Origin: an uncultured archaeon
Lineage (GTDB): Archaea > Iainarchaeota > Iainarchaeia > Iainarchaeales > JAAZKV01
Length of the DNA stretch: 64,000 nt
NCBI GenBank assembly: GCA_964551375.1
Contig: CAZKBG010000001.1
Span: 490,833-554,832 of the forward strand
Reading direction: 5' to 3'
Under the pieces are notes generated by a model, which had not been told where the DNA came from, did no database searches, and saw only the letters and a program-made list of their open reading frames with translations. The translations under genes and the position numbers were made by a program. This document shows positions 26,488 to 35,886 of the stretch, piece after piece. The number at the start of each line of letters is the position of its first letter. Position 1 is the first letter of the stretch.

Positions 26488-27198
26488 TTATTCTATTCCG
26501 CCAGAAGTTCCGAGTATTTTAATTATAATTTCGCCATGAGTCGCAGAGTTTAATTCATTTAGCAAATCCTGCTTTGCTCCGCTTGGAAGCAAAAATTCCG
26601 CGGCGAGGCTTCCATCCTTGAGCCACTCTTCTTTTTTCATTTCATATTTATGAATAATAGAACTTGCACGTCCTGCGTACTGCGCGGGAACTTTAACAGC
26701 AAAATCAATCTTCTCCATTGAAATCGGAAGAATATGCCGAATTGCTTTTACGATTTCAGGAACCTGCTCATCCACTCCCTTAAACGGATCAACATGAACT
26801 TTCGCCTGCTCCATTGCGTTTTCAATTCTCACAACTGGATGAGGAGCTTTGTTCTGCGGATTAATCGAGTTTCTTGAAATAAAATTAACAACTTCCACTC
26901 TTCTCTTTTCATGAAGCCTTCTTCTCTGCTCTGTTGTAAGCTGAACATCCCCTTCACGGATAATTTTTACAACAATACTTGCAAGGTCTTCAGTTTGAAA
27001 ACTTTTCTTTAAATTCTCAGGGCTCTGCTCGTCCCCGATTTTAGAATCCTTAAAAACTCTCTCAATCGCCATCAGCGAATCAAGAGGAATGCTTTTTCCG
27101 TGCTTTACTTCCATAGCCAAATTTGGCTCAACAAGTATCTCAAATTTATGCCCAAATCTCTCAAGTCTCGCTACAACAGCATCTTCTACTCGTACCAT
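26488..27198 (-). CDS. SBDS (Shwachman-Bodian-Diamond) family ribosome maturation protein
   Basis: 236 aa. VVARLERFGHKFEILVEP...IERVFKD is a typical SBDS N-terminus. Canonical position after psmA. Confidence 0.85.
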   Translation of the reverse strand: MVRVEDAVVARLERFGHKFEILVEPNLAMEVKHGKSIPLDSLMAIERVFKDSKIGDEQSPENLKKSFQTEDLASIVVKIIREGDVQLTTEQRRRLHEKRRVEVVNFISRNSINPQNKAPHPVVRIENAMEQAKVHVDPFKGVDEQVPEIVKAIRHILPISMEKIDFAVKVPAQYAGRASSIIHKYEMKKEEWLKDGSLAAEFLLPSGAKQDLLNELNSATHGEIIIKILGTSGGIE

Positions 27199-27287
27199 CT
27201 AACAACCCCATTTAGTGCTGTTAACTAGCCCCCGCTTTTTTTGTATTTCCCTCACGGGAGCAAATTAAGTCAATTAATATAAATTAA

Positions 27288-28010
27288 TTAATTCTTGAAA
27301 GCCTGCTTTAGTTCCTTATCGCTAAGGTGCCTAAATCCTTTCTTATCAACTACAGCAAACTCAATTCTTGCCATAGAGATTTTTTCTTTTTCAGGCATGC
27401 TTTTTTCAATAGCCTTGTAAGCCAAATTAATTGCGTCGGTTAAATTCAAGCCTTCCTTGAATTCTTTTTCAAAAACTTCCATTGCTTTTTCTTTATTTCT
27501 TCCAATGCTAACAGCCTTGTACTCAGCAAGCGCTCCGCTTGGCTCGGTTTCAAAAATCTTAGGCCCTTTCTCGTCCACTCCGCCGATAATAAAAGCAACT
27601 CCAAACGGCCTTAGTCCGCCGTATTGAGTAAATGCCTGCTTTGTTTCAGCAATCTCTTTAGCCATTACTTCAACTTGAATGTCTTCAGAATAAACCATCT
27701 TATTGTCCTGCGCTTGTCTTCTTGCAATGCCAACTAATCTTCTCGCATCTCCTACAAGTCCTGCAGAAACAACAGCAATATTGCCGTCAATTTTAAAGAT
27801 TTTTTCAATAGATTCAGGAATTACTAATTTGCTCTGAATACTTTTATCAGCAGCTAAAACTACCCCTTCAGCATAAGTTATTCCAACGCCTGTTGTGCCC
27901 TGCTCAACAATCTTTGAAGCATATTCTACCTGGTATAATCTGCCGTCAGGAGAAAACATTGTAGCTGCCTTGTCATAGGCAGGAACCTTTGAATTTTGAA
28001 CTGGATACAT
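27288..28010 (-). CDS. psmA: Proteasome subunit alpha
   Basis: AYDKAATMFSPDGRLYQVEYA alpha-subunit signature. 240 aa. Confidence 0.9.
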   Translation of the reverse strand: MYPVQNSKVPAYDKAATMFSPDGRLYQVEYASKIVEQGTTGVGITYAEGVVLAADKSIQSKLVIPESIEKIFKIDGNIAVVSAGLVGDARRLVGIARRQAQDNKMVYSEDIQVEVMAKEIAETKQAFTQYGGLRPFGVAFIIGGVDEKGPKIFETEPSGALAEYKAVSIGRNKEKAMEVFEKEFKEGLNLTDAINLAYKAIEKSMPEKEKISMARIEFAVVDKKGFRHLSDKELKQAFKN

Positions 28011-28037
28011 AAAACAACCCCCGAAATCTTGCTTAAA

Positions 28038-28052
28038 CTATAAATGCAAAAA
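28038..28052 (-). promoter_or_regulatory. Candidate TATA-like box for psmA (minus-strand TTTATAG about 30 nt upstream of ATG)
   Basis: On the minus strand the sequence gcaTTTATAGttt lies roughly 30 nt upstream of the psmA start codon. Weak: pattern match only, consistent with a leaderless/short-leader archaeal promoter. Confidence 0.25.
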
Positions 28053-28211
28053 CTACATTACTCCTATATCCTATCCCTTAAAAAGAAATCGTTAGTGCGT
28101 TAAAACGCACCTATTTGCTTTCCCTGTACAATATACTTAGTTTAAAGAATGTTTAAAAACCTGCTTTGAGAGGACTGCCCGCCAAAATGAGCAGGATATT
28201 TGAAAGAGAAC

Positions 28212-28373
28212 TTACCTTTTTCGCTTTCTTCCCCAAAGCCTTCTCATGGCCGCGCTGACATTATTTCCGACTACTTTAACACTAGCCCCAGGATTTGCCC
28301 TTTTACTTTTCCCAAGCGGACCCCTTATTGTAGTAGCCTTAAAACCAGTTGCCTTAAACTTCGGACGAGCCAT
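28212..28373 (-). CDS. Small basic ORF (53 aa), unassigned
   Basis: Hand-translated MARPKFKATGFKATTIRGPLGKSKRANPGASVKVVGNNVSAAMRRLWGRKRKR. Lies between psmA and the opposite-strand gene. Composition resembles a small ribosomal/nucleic-acid-binding protein but I cannot match it to a family. Confidence 0.25.
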   Translation of the reverse strand: MARPKFKATGFKATTIRGPLGKSKRANPGASVKVVGNNVSAAMRRLWGRKRKR

Positions 28374-28506
28374 TAAAAAAACACCTTACAAAACTACTTC
28401 ACTTGTTATATTTAAACTAATTTAAAACAAATTTAATCATTCAAGTAAATTAACGCGTGTTTTACCCACAATTAGAATTATAAATAACCGAAGCAGAGTT
28501 ATTGAT

Positions 28507-29352
28507 ATGAGTCCCCTACCAAGACAAAGATTAAGTATGAGAGGAAGAGCGCTTACTGCAAAAGAAATTGAAGTAATGGACAGGGCAAAAAAAGTAAGAG
28601 CAGAACTTAAAGCAAACTTTGCAGGCGCAGTTAATAGAAATGTAAAAACATTAACTCCTGAAGCAAGAAAAAGATTTGCGCTTGAAAGAAGCGCGAGAGT
28701 AAAAATTGAGCGAATAATAAAAGCAACAAACCCAAGCAACCAATGGATGACAAGATTTGCGCTTGAAGGATTATTCAAATCAGCGGCAAAAAAAGAATAC
28801 GCTGCAGAGGAGCTTGCATTAATTCCAAAAGCATTTGGAAAAGACTCAAAAGCGCTCACAGGATTTTTCTGGGTAAAAGGAGTAAGAAAAGGAAATTTAG
28901 TTGATTATGAAGCAAGAAACGAGCACGCCGTAAAATTATTTGTAAAAGCGCGCGGAAACAGCGCAATACTACTTGAACCCATAATTTATAGAGCGGTAAG
29001 ACAAGAAGCGCTAAATCAAGAAACACGCGAAAGCCACCACGCGCATGAAGAGCACAGAAGAAAAGAAGTGGAAGCAGCAAGAAATATTCACCAGGAAAGA
29101 GTTGCAGGAGTCAGCGGAGGATACAGAATACCATCAAACTCAGGGCGCGAACCTCTAAGGCACCAGATTGGAATGGACACAACGCTTTCTGAAAGACTTG
29201 ACGTGCGAGCAGGAATAATTAGGGGACGAATCCAAAAAGAAGTCAACTCCGAATTTTCAGGGCTGATGCAAAAACATAATGATAATTTTATCAGATCATT
29301 TATCGAACTTGGCGAAAGGCACGGAATAAGCGTTATGAACATAAGGCTTTAG
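28507..29352 (+). CDS. Hypothetical basic protein inserted (opposite strand) inside the exosome superoperon
   Basis: 281-aa ORF with a basic N-terminus (MSPLPRQRLSMRGRALTAKE) and a His-rich patch (ESHHAHEEHRRKE). No recognised domain. Longest ORF at this locus. The antisense ORFs here are low-complexity. Confidence 0.5.
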   Translation: MSPLPRQRLSMRGRALTAKEIEVMDRAKKVRAELKANFAGAVNRNVKTLTPEARKRFALERSARVKIERIIKATNPSNQWMTRFALEGLFKSAAKKEYAAEELALIPKAFGKDSKALTGFFWVKGVRKGNLVDYEARNEHAVKLFVKARGNSAILLEPIIYRAVRQEALNQETRESHHAHEEHRRKEVEAARNIHQERVAGVSGGYRIPSNSGREPLRHQIGMDTTLSERLDVRAGIIRGRIQKEVNSEFSGLMQKHNDNFIRSFIELGERHGISVMNIRL

Positions 29353-29403
29353 AAAAAAATTTAAGGCAAAAAACAAATTCTAAATTTTTTAGTAAATTAT
29401 TTT

Positions 29404-29763
29404 TTATTCTAATTTTGCAAAATCTTTTAGTGTTTTTATCGTCCCAGAAGTCAAAAGCGGATTGATTATAACTTTCTTGTTTCTGATTTTCTCAATAAAA
29501 GCAGTGCCTGCGATTAATTCAAGCTCACGACCGCGCTTGCATTTGATTATTGCCTTGTTTCCTTTAAACAAAACAATTCTTGGATTAATTTCAGCCAAAC
29601 CCTTAGAGCCGAAGAAAGAAAGCAAATCAATCCAAAACCCAAAGTAAAAATCCTTTTCGTTAACATCCGCATTCAGCACTTCAAGAAGAATATAGCGCTT
29701 ACGCTCGCGCTTTGAAAGAGGCGTAATTGTTTTCTTTACCTTTTCAATTTTCATAAAAATCAA
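29404..29763 (-). CDS. RNase P protein subunit Pop5 (Rpp14/Rnp2)
   Basis: RERKRYILLEV ... GNKAIIKCKRG ... TSGTIKTLK aligns with archaeal Pop5 landmarks (RYI..., GNKAII, SGTIKRLK). Canonical position upstream of psmA. Confidence 0.7.
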   Translation of the reverse strand: MIFMKIEKVKKTITPLSKRERKRYILLEVLNADVNEKDFYFGFWIDLLSFFGSKGLAEINPRIVLFKGNKAIIKCKRGRELELIAGTAFIEKIRNKKVIINPLLTSGTIKTLKDFAKLE

Positions 29764-29815
29764 CCAAAAATAATTTTTCTAAAAATAATCAAACCATCAT
29801 CTGCAAAATACTAAT

Positions 29816-30379
29816 TTACTTAACCTCTTCTTCCAAATATTTTCCAGCAAGAGCATTTGGCAGCCCAAGTAAAACCGCAAGAGATTCCCTTACTTTTCTC
29901 GGCCTTAAATGAAGCGGATCCTTTGCTCCCGAAGCCACAATAAATTTAGTTCCCTTCATTTTGCAATATCTCACAACTTCAACGTAATTTTTCCAATACT
30001 GGTGCCTTTCAAAAGAATTAGCTTTCATTAACTCTTCAAACATCAAAACTACAACAGTTTTGTTGTCAGAAAGCTTTTTTGCCAATCCCAAATCAAAATT
30101 CTGCTTTGTATCAGAAGGCTGGAGAAGATAATCAGCATTAATTTTCACAGCAAATTCATTTTCTTTCAAATCAGAGCCGATAACTGCTTTCTTTTTTTTA
30201 GAAAGTTTAGAAAGCTCGCTTGGAGCAGTTTTAGTGGAAACAACAAAACAAGGAGTCATTTTAGCGTCCTTTGCCACTTTTTCCTGAGCGTCAGTATTAA
30301 CAAGCACAATTAGTTCTTCCTTGAAATAAGTGCTGACTGCTAGGAGCTCTTTGAGCGGCTGAGCATAAACTATGTCCAT
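29816..30379 (-). CDS. RNase P protein subunit Rpp30 (Rnp3), putative
   Basis: 187 aa. The C-terminal half (VVVLMFEELMKA ... YCKMKGTKFIVASGAKDPLHLRPRKVRESLAVLLGL) resembles the Rpp30 TIM-barrel C-terminus. Adjacent to Pop5 as in Methanothermobacter. Confidence 0.55.
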   Translation of the reverse strand: MDIVYAQPLKELLAVSTYFKEELIVLVNTDAQEKVAKDAKMTPCFVVSTKTAPSELSKLSKKKKAVIGSDLKENEFAVKINADYLLQPSDTKQNFDLGLAKKLSDNKTVVVLMFEELMKANSFERHQYWKNYVEVVRYCKMKGTKFIVASGAKDPLHLRPRKVRESLAVLLGLPNALAGKYLEEEVK

Positions 30380-30463
30380 TCCAAAAAAACCTTTTAGGTT
30401 AATAGCACACAGGGGAAAATAAACCTTTCCCTCGCGCGTTAAAAATGAATTCCGTGCCGGACT

Positions 30464-31060
30464 TCAGCCGTGGTGGTGGTCAAGAGATTTTTTGAATCTT
30501 ATTTTTCTCTTGTTTGTCAAGTTTGTCAACTTGTTTGCTCCGCCAGCGTAAGTCTTTCCTCTTTCAGCTCTTCCTCTTGAAGTTCCGCTTGAAAGATACT
30601 TTAAGTTCTTATCAGCCATTACAGCAGGAGCTGTTCTATCAGCTAAAACAACTTCAAAATAATGCCACTTACCGTCTTCAGCAATCTTGTATGAGCCAAG
30701 AGCTTCAGCGTTTTCGAAATACTTAGAAGCTTTCTGCTCGCTCATTGCCTGAGTGCTTAATCTTCTTGATAATTTTGCCTGACCCTGTCTCTTTGGTCTT
30801 CTCTTGTTCTTAGGCCTGTGATGAGTTCCAGTTCCTTTTCTAACTCTAACTCTAACAACAAAAACTCCCTGCTTAGCCTTGTAACCAACGCTTCTGGCAG
30901 AAACTAAATTAGTGGGGTGGTCAACTTTAACAACAGCCCTTTCTTCATTTCTAAACTCAATACCGCGCTTTCTCATGATTAACGCATAATCGTAATTCTC
31001 GTCCTTTACTCCTTTCCATTCATTTTGAAAAGCTGCTCTTATGTATTTTGCTGCACCCAT
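30464..31060 (-). CDS. rpl15e: Ribosomal protein L15e
   Basis: MGAAKYIRAAFQNEWKG ... HRPKNKRRPKRQGQ is a canonical L15e N-terminus. 198 aa. Confidence 0.9.
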   Translation of the reverse strand: MGAAKYIRAAFQNEWKGVKDENYDYALIMRKRGIEFRNEERAVVKVDHPTNLVSARSVGYKAKQGVFVVRVRVRKGTGTHHRPKNKRRPKRQGQAKLSRRLSTQAMSEQKASKYFENAEALGSYKIAEDGKWHYFEVVLADRTAPAVMADKNLKYLSSGTSRGRAERGKTYAGGANKLTNLTNKRKIRFKKSLDHHHG

Positions 31061-31127
31061 TTGTACTCACCAGAATAATAAAACGTCTATAACTAAAACT
31101 TCAAAAAAAGCATTTATAAAGCTACCT

Positions 31128-31502
31128 TTAAGGAGATTTTTTTCTAATAGCAACCCGGCGATTTGCGGCTAATTCTCTGCTTTGAACAGGTTTTGAGGAA
31201 GAAACTTTTTCTTTGCCGGATTTTGCTTGAGCAATAAACTTAATTGGAACATTAACAGGACTCTCAGAATTTTTGCCTTTAATTTTGATCTTAAAAGAAG
31301 GTTTAATCGGTTGAGAAGTTCTATCAAACCTAACAGGACTCCTTAAACCAACCTTTTTCATTGACATATTCCTTGCAGCTGCTTTTGCTATTGAAACATT
31401 TCTTTCAGAAAGGAAAAATCTGTCTGCAATGTGCTGAAAAGGATTAGGCTTTCTTTGCGCGGAAGCAGCTCTGTGATTTTGAGCGGTTCTTGTCTGAGGC
31501 AT
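31128..31502 (-). CDS. Hypothetical basic protein
   Basis: 124-aa Arg/Lys/Ser-rich ORF filling the gap upstream of L15e. No family recognised. Could be non-coding. Confidence 0.3.
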   Translation of the reverse strand: MPQTRTAQNHRAASAQRKPNPFQHIADRFFLSERNVSIAKAAARNMSMKKVGLRSPVRFDRTSQPIKPSFKIKIKGKNSESPVNVPIKFIAQAKSGKEKVSSSKPVQSRELAANRRVAIRKKSP

Positions 31503-31548
31503 TTAATCACTAAATAACTATAAGCTTTGCCTTATATAAACGTTAACT

Positions 31549-32628
31549 ATGAGCGAGCCAAAAAATTTTAAAAAAGCAAAAAATAATCTCTGCGACAGAT
31601 GCCGTGAAAAAAGCGCAATAACTCTTGATTACGGGCCGCATAAATTCTGCGAAAAACACTTTATTTACTTTTTTGAGCAAAGAGTGAAGAAAACAATAAG
31701 AAAATACAGCCTCATAAGACCGCATGAGAAAATACTAATAGCTCTCAGCGGAGGAAAAGACTCTGTGGTGCTCTTGCATATGCTTGCAAAATATTATTCA
31801 AAGCTAAATGAGCTTGAAGCTCTTATTATTGATGAAGGAGTGAAAGGATACCGCGACAAATCCATCAATACTGCTGTTGAAAATTGCAAAAGTCTTGGCG
31901 TGCCATATAAAGTTGTGAGTTTTAAGGAAGAATTTGGAATAACAAACGACAAATTAATGCCACTTATTTTGAACAACCCAAAAATGGGAGGAACTTGCGC
32001 ATTTTGCGGAACAATGAGAAGAAATATCATGAACCGCTATGCCAAAATTCTAAAAGCGGACAAGCTTGCAACAGGACATAACCTTGACGATGAAGTGCAG
32101 AGCTTTGTAATGAACGTTTTTAACAATGATTTTGAACGAATGAAAAGAATGAGCGCTAAAGGAGGCGCTGTAGAGCATGAAGGATTTGTAAAAAGAATAA
32201 AACCGCTTTATGAAACCCCTGAAAAGGAAATAATAGCATACTGCGCGTTTAAGGGAATAAAACACCACTCAGAAGAGTGCTGTCCCTACTCATGGACTGC
32301 TAAGAGAAACGAATTTAGGGAAATGCTGAACAATTTTGAGAACAGATTCCCAGGAACGCAGTACTCAATCATCAGATTTTATGAAAATCTACAAAAATAT
32401 GTAAAGCCCGATGAGAATGAAAAGCCAAAACTTGCGCTATCGCTTCATGAATGCAAAAAATGCGGGGAGCCAACTGAACGCGAAATGTGCAAAGCATGCA
32501 AAATGATTGAGAAAATAAAAAATGAAATTAAATCCGGGAAATTAAAAAGCAAAAAACCAGCTGTGTTAAAAAAATACAACAAAAAGCTCACCTGTCACTC
32601 AACAAAGACAGGAATAAAATGCGATTAA
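31549..32628 (+). CDS. tRNA 2-thiolation PP-loop ATPase (NcsA/TtuA/Ctu1-like)
   Basis: PP-loop LIALSGGKDSVV. N-terminal CxxC...CxxH zinc finger (CDRCREK...FCEKH) and C-terminal CxxC...CxxC (CKKCGEP...CKACK) are typical of the TtuA/Ncs6 family. Confidence 0.7.
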   Translation: MSEPKNFKKAKNNLCDRCREKSAITLDYGPHKFCEKHFIYFFEQRVKKTIRKYSLIRPHEKILIALSGGKDSVVLLHMLAKYYSKLNELEALIIDEGVKGYRDKSINTAVENCKSLGVPYKVVSFKEEFGITNDKLMPLILNNPKMGGTCAFCGTMRRNIMNRYAKILKADKLATGHNLDDEVQSFVMNVFNNDFERMKRMSAKGGAVEHEGFVKRIKPLYETPEKEIIAYCAFKGIKHHSEECCPYSWTAKRNEFREMLNNFENRFPGTQYSIIRFYENLQKYVKPDENEKPKLALSLHECKKCGEPTEREMCKACKMIEKIKNEIKSGKLKSKKPAVLKKYNKKLTCHSTKTGIKCD

Positions 32629-32644
32629 GCGATTTGCCTAAGGA

Positions 32645-32983
32645 TCATTTTCTCTTTTTAGGCTTGCTTTTGTTTTTATTTGTAAAAAAGCTGAAAAGAG
32701 GCTCGTTTGGCTCTCTAAAATGAATTTTCAAGGCTAAAACTAAAGTTGTGCCCACAACCGCAATACCATAACCCCAGATAATAGGATAATTTTCAATCAA
32801 AATACCATAAACCAGCCAAATATACGCTCCTGCGACAAAAATCAAATACGCTGTAAGGCTAATGTCTTTTGCGCTGCGATTAATCACAATTTTTCTTGCT
32901 TGAAGAATATGCGCAAAGCTCATCAAGACTCCAAACATTGTCGCAAGAAAATAGAATATTGTTGTCAACAAAGAATCCATCAA
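32645..32983 (-). CDS. Small 3-TM membrane protein (possibly PQ-loop/SemiSWEET-like) with Lys-rich tail
   Basis: 112 aa with three hydrophobic helices and a basic C-terminus (KNKSKPKKRK). Family assignment is tentative. Confidence 0.35.
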   Translation of the reverse strand: MMDSLLTTIFYFLATMFGVLMSFAHILQARKIVINRSAKDISLTAYLIFVAGAYIWLVYGILIENYPIIWGYGIAVVGTTLVLALKIHFREPNEPLFSFFTNKNKSKPKKRK

Positions 32984-32984
32984 A

Positions 32985-34667
32985 TCACTTCAAGGCTTTT
33001 TTCTCAAGCCTGTCGGTTAATTCTTTCTCAAACTTTGTCAGCTCTTCAATCTTAGCGTCAATTACAAGCGTCTTTTCCTGCAGAACCCTGTCCGCTGTGG
33101 CGTTTTTCATATTTAATTCATCAATTGCAGAATTAATCTGAGTCAAGCTCTGCTGCATACCGCTCAAAAACTGCTTTCTGAACTCGTCAAGAACCATAAT
33201 CTTCTGTTCCAATGCCTCAGGGGAAATCTTCTTGCTCACAGACTGAAGCCTGTTCAACTCAACCTGCATCTGCGCAATTAATTCATCCGCGCGCTGGATT
33301 GTAAGCTGCTCAATTCTCTGCTCCGCCTGATTCAACATTCCTTCAGCAATATTTTTTTCAAGCTCAAGAGTTTTATTTATCCTTGCATCCATCTGCGACA
33401 AGTGCGCCGATGCTGAATCAATAAAAGCCTGCGCGCTTGACTTGCTTTTAATCAATTCAGAATTCATTTCAACAACAATCTGGGCTTTTGTTCTCTTTAC
33501 TTCCTCAAGCGCAATAGTAACCTGAGAAAGAGAATGCTCCTGCTGTTTTCTTGCGCTTTCAATAGCCGCAAGATTTTCGCTCAACTGCTTGTTGTACTGC
33601 TTGATTTCAGCAATCTTAGCGTCAATTATAAAAACAATTTCCCTCTGCTTCTGCTCCAGCGCCTCTTTATTGCTTGACTGGATTAAATCCTTCTGCGAAT
33701 CCATCAAAACTTTAAACTGATACAATTCTTTTCTAACAGCCTCATCAACTTTCTGCTGAACTTGTGAATCAACATCTTCCTTTAAGTGCTTCATTTCAGC
33801 AAGCTTAGCATTCACAGCAACAACAATTCCTTTCTTCCAAAGCTCCTCAAAATCAGGGCCCATGTCAATATCCCTTGCTGTTTGAGTTGAAAGATTAAAC
33901 GAAGAAAAATCATCCGCGCTTTTTGAATTCGCAAGCTTTGTCGCAGCATCAAAATCAATTTTTGGAACAACAATATCCTTTGGAACTTCTTTCTCTTTAG
34001 GCTTCACTTCAGATTGAGCCTGAGAAGTTTGATTTTGCGCGCTTGAAGAAGTTTGCGCTTGAGGTTGAGAAGTTTGAGTAACTGCAATTTTTGAAACATC
34101 TTTCTGAACTGAAGGATTTTTCTGGGCAGGAGGAGTATAATTTTTCTGCAGATTTTTTAACGCATCGGTTGGAACAGCATTAGTTTTTGAATCAGAACCG
34201 CCTGATTTTTGCCCGCTTGCAAGAGTGTCCTCAACTTTTTCTTCAAACTCATCGCCGTCATCCATTGACTCGCCAGACTGCTCTGCAACATCCTTCATTA
34301 TTTTATCAGCAATATCCCCTTCGCTTTTTGCTTTATCTTGGGGAGAGCTTTTCACAGTAAGCCCGCTTTCAGAAGTTTTTTTTGCAATTGGAATCTGCTT
34401 TACAATCTGCTCATCCATCGGAACATCAGTTCCGTCAAACTCGGGTTTCTCAGGGCCCGCTGGTTTTTTTGCAGCTGTTTTTTGAGAAGAAGCATCAACA
34501 GGAGCATTTGCGGCTTCAACGGATTTTCTTGCTTCGGCGATCAACTGCATTGCCTCATTCTGGTCAATTCCAACATCGTACAAATTGTCGGCAATTTCTT
34601 TATCTGAAACCCCAAGAGCAATTAGCTTTTGGATAGATTCAATGACAGTAGCGCGCTTATCCATCAT
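32985..34667 (-). CDS. Large coiled-coil protein with low-complexity acidic/Ser/Gln-rich linker
   Basis: 560 aa. Short globular N-terminus (MMDKRATVIESIQKLIALGVSDKEIADNLYDVGID), then a long low-complexity linker, then heptad-repeat-rich C-terminal 300 aa. Confidence 0.5.
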   Translation of the reverse strand: MMDKRATVIESIQKLIALGVSDKEIADNLYDVGIDQNEAMQLIAEARKSVEAANAPVDASSQKTAAKKPAGPEKPEFDGTDVPMDEQIVKQIPIAKKTSESGLTVKSSPQDKAKSEGDIADKIMKDVAEQSGESMDDGDEFEEKVEDTLASGQKSGGSDSKTNAVPTDALKNLQKNYTPPAQKNPSVQKDVSKIAVTQTSQPQAQTSSSAQNQTSQAQSEVKPKEKEVPKDIVVPKIDFDAATKLANSKSADDFSSFNLSTQTARDIDMGPDFEELWKKGIVVAVNAKLAEMKHLKEDVDSQVQQKVDEAVRKELYQFKVLMDSQKDLIQSSNKEALEQKQREIVFIIDAKIAEIKQYNKQLSENLAAIESARKQQEHSLSQVTIALEEVKRTKAQIVVEMNSELIKSKSSAQAFIDSASAHLSQMDARINKTLELEKNIAEGMLNQAEQRIEQLTIQRADELIAQMQVELNRLQSVSKKISPEALEQKIMVLDEFRKQFLSGMQQSLTQINSAIDELNMKNATADRVLQEKTLVIDAKIEELTKFEKELTDRLEKKALK

Positions 34668-34780
34668 ACCACAAAACTACATAGAACTAGTTATAGTTGA
34701 TTTTTCATGAATAAAAAGGTTATGTTAAAGAGCTAAAATAAAAGAAAAAAGCTTGCCCAAAACGGGCAAGATAGCTAAAA

Positions 34781-34999
34781 TTAAGGAGAAATCATGATTA
34801 CGCTGTCTCCGCGAATCATTACTTTACCATACTTAGTCTTCATCTCTCCCTCAACTACTTGAGAGGCGTTTTCTAAATGCAGATTCATATGCACATCAAA
34901 TGCTTTTAGGGTTCCCCTAACCTGCTGATTGCCTTTTAGAACAACCAAAACTTCTTTTTCTATCGCTTCGTTCAATAAATCGAACGGTCTATTACTCAT
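34781..34999 (-). CDS. Sm-like archaeal protein (SmAP/LSm)
   Basis: 72 aa with an Sm1 motif (VLVVLKGNQQVRGTLKAFDVHMNLHLENA) and an Sm2 motif (VMIRGDSVIMI). Confidence 0.85.
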   Translation of the reverse strand: MSNRPFDLLNEAIEKEVLVVLKGNQQVRGTLKAFDVHMNLHLENASQVVEGEMKTKYGKVMIRGDSVIMISP

Positions 35000-35008
35000 G
35001 AAAACACC

Positions 35009-35794
35009 TCATTTTTTCTTAAAAATTGAAAACAACGCCTGCAAAAAGCCGCCTTTTTTAGGAGCAGTGCTTTCTGTAACCTTTAGACCAGTAAGCCTCG
35101 AAGCAATCTTCACCACTTCAACCGCAGCAGGGCAGTCAGGCTTTCTTACAATAACCGGAGAAACTTTCTCCTGCATGAAGCTCTTTCGAACTTCAGGATC
35201 ATAAGGCACAGAACCGTAAATTGGGAGCTCAAGCATATTCGCTATGTCATTTTTTGTTATTTCTCCAGTTTCATTCATCACAAAATTAACAATAACTCCA
35301 ATAACTTTAGAACCAAGCCTTTGCGCAACAATTTTAGTCTTCAACGCATCAGCAATTGCGGGCGAAGTCGGCATAGTAACAATAACAGTTTCCTGCGAAG
35401 CGCTTAACGCGCTTAAAACATTCTTTTCAATTCCAGCAGCAACATCAAGCAAAATATAATCATACTTATCAGTCAACTGGGAAACAACACTTGAGAGCCT
35501 TTCGCTATCCACTCTTTTATAATTATCAAGGCTTAATCCTGAAGGAATAAATCTAACTCCCATCGGACCGTCATAAATAGAATCATGAACCTGAGCTTCT
35601 CCCAAAAGAACATCGTGAAGAGTGATTGGAGAAGACTGCATTCCTAAAAGCAGAGAAAGATTTGCCATTGCAACATCAGCATCGATTAACAAGACTTTTT
35701 GCCCCATTTTTGAAAGAGCAATACCTAAGTTGGCAGTAATAGTAGTTTTTCCTGTTCCGCCTTTTCCTGAAGCAATTGCAATTACTCTCCCCAT
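35009..35794 (-). CDS. MinD/ParA-family P-loop ATPase
   Basis: Deviant Walker A IAIASGKGGTGKTT, LLIDAD and Walker B-like DYILLD. 261 aa. Confidence 0.85.
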   Translation of the reverse strand: MGRVIAIASGKGGTGKTTITANLGIALSKMGQKVLLIDADVAMANLSLLLGMQSSPITLHDVLLGEAQVHDSIYDGPMGVRFIPSGLSLDNYKRVDSERLSSVVSQLTDKYDYILLDVAAGIEKNVLSALSASQETVIVTMPTSPAIADALKTKIVAQRLGSKVIGVIVNFVMNETGEITKNDIANMLELPIYGSVPYDPEVRKSFMQEKVSPVIVRKPDCPAAVEVVKIASRLTGLKVTESTAPKKGGFLQALFSIFKKK

Positions 35795-35886
35795 AAAAAC
35801 ACCAAATAATGAATGAAACTTACAAATAAAAAGCTACTCTTCGGGCCCTAAAAACAAAAACCCCAAATCCTCCAAATCAATTCAAA

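Noticed and set aside
28212-28373. Assigning the 53-aa basic ORF to a named small ribosomal protein (L39e/L40e/S30e) or Sso7d-like protein
   Set aside because: Compared from memory with those families and found no convincing motif match. Left as unassigned small ORF with low confidence.
31128-31502. Calling the 124-aa basic ORF a ribosomal protein because of its position upstream of L15e
   Set aside because: Sequence does not resemble any ribosomal protein family I can recall. Retained only as a low-confidence hypothetical CDS.
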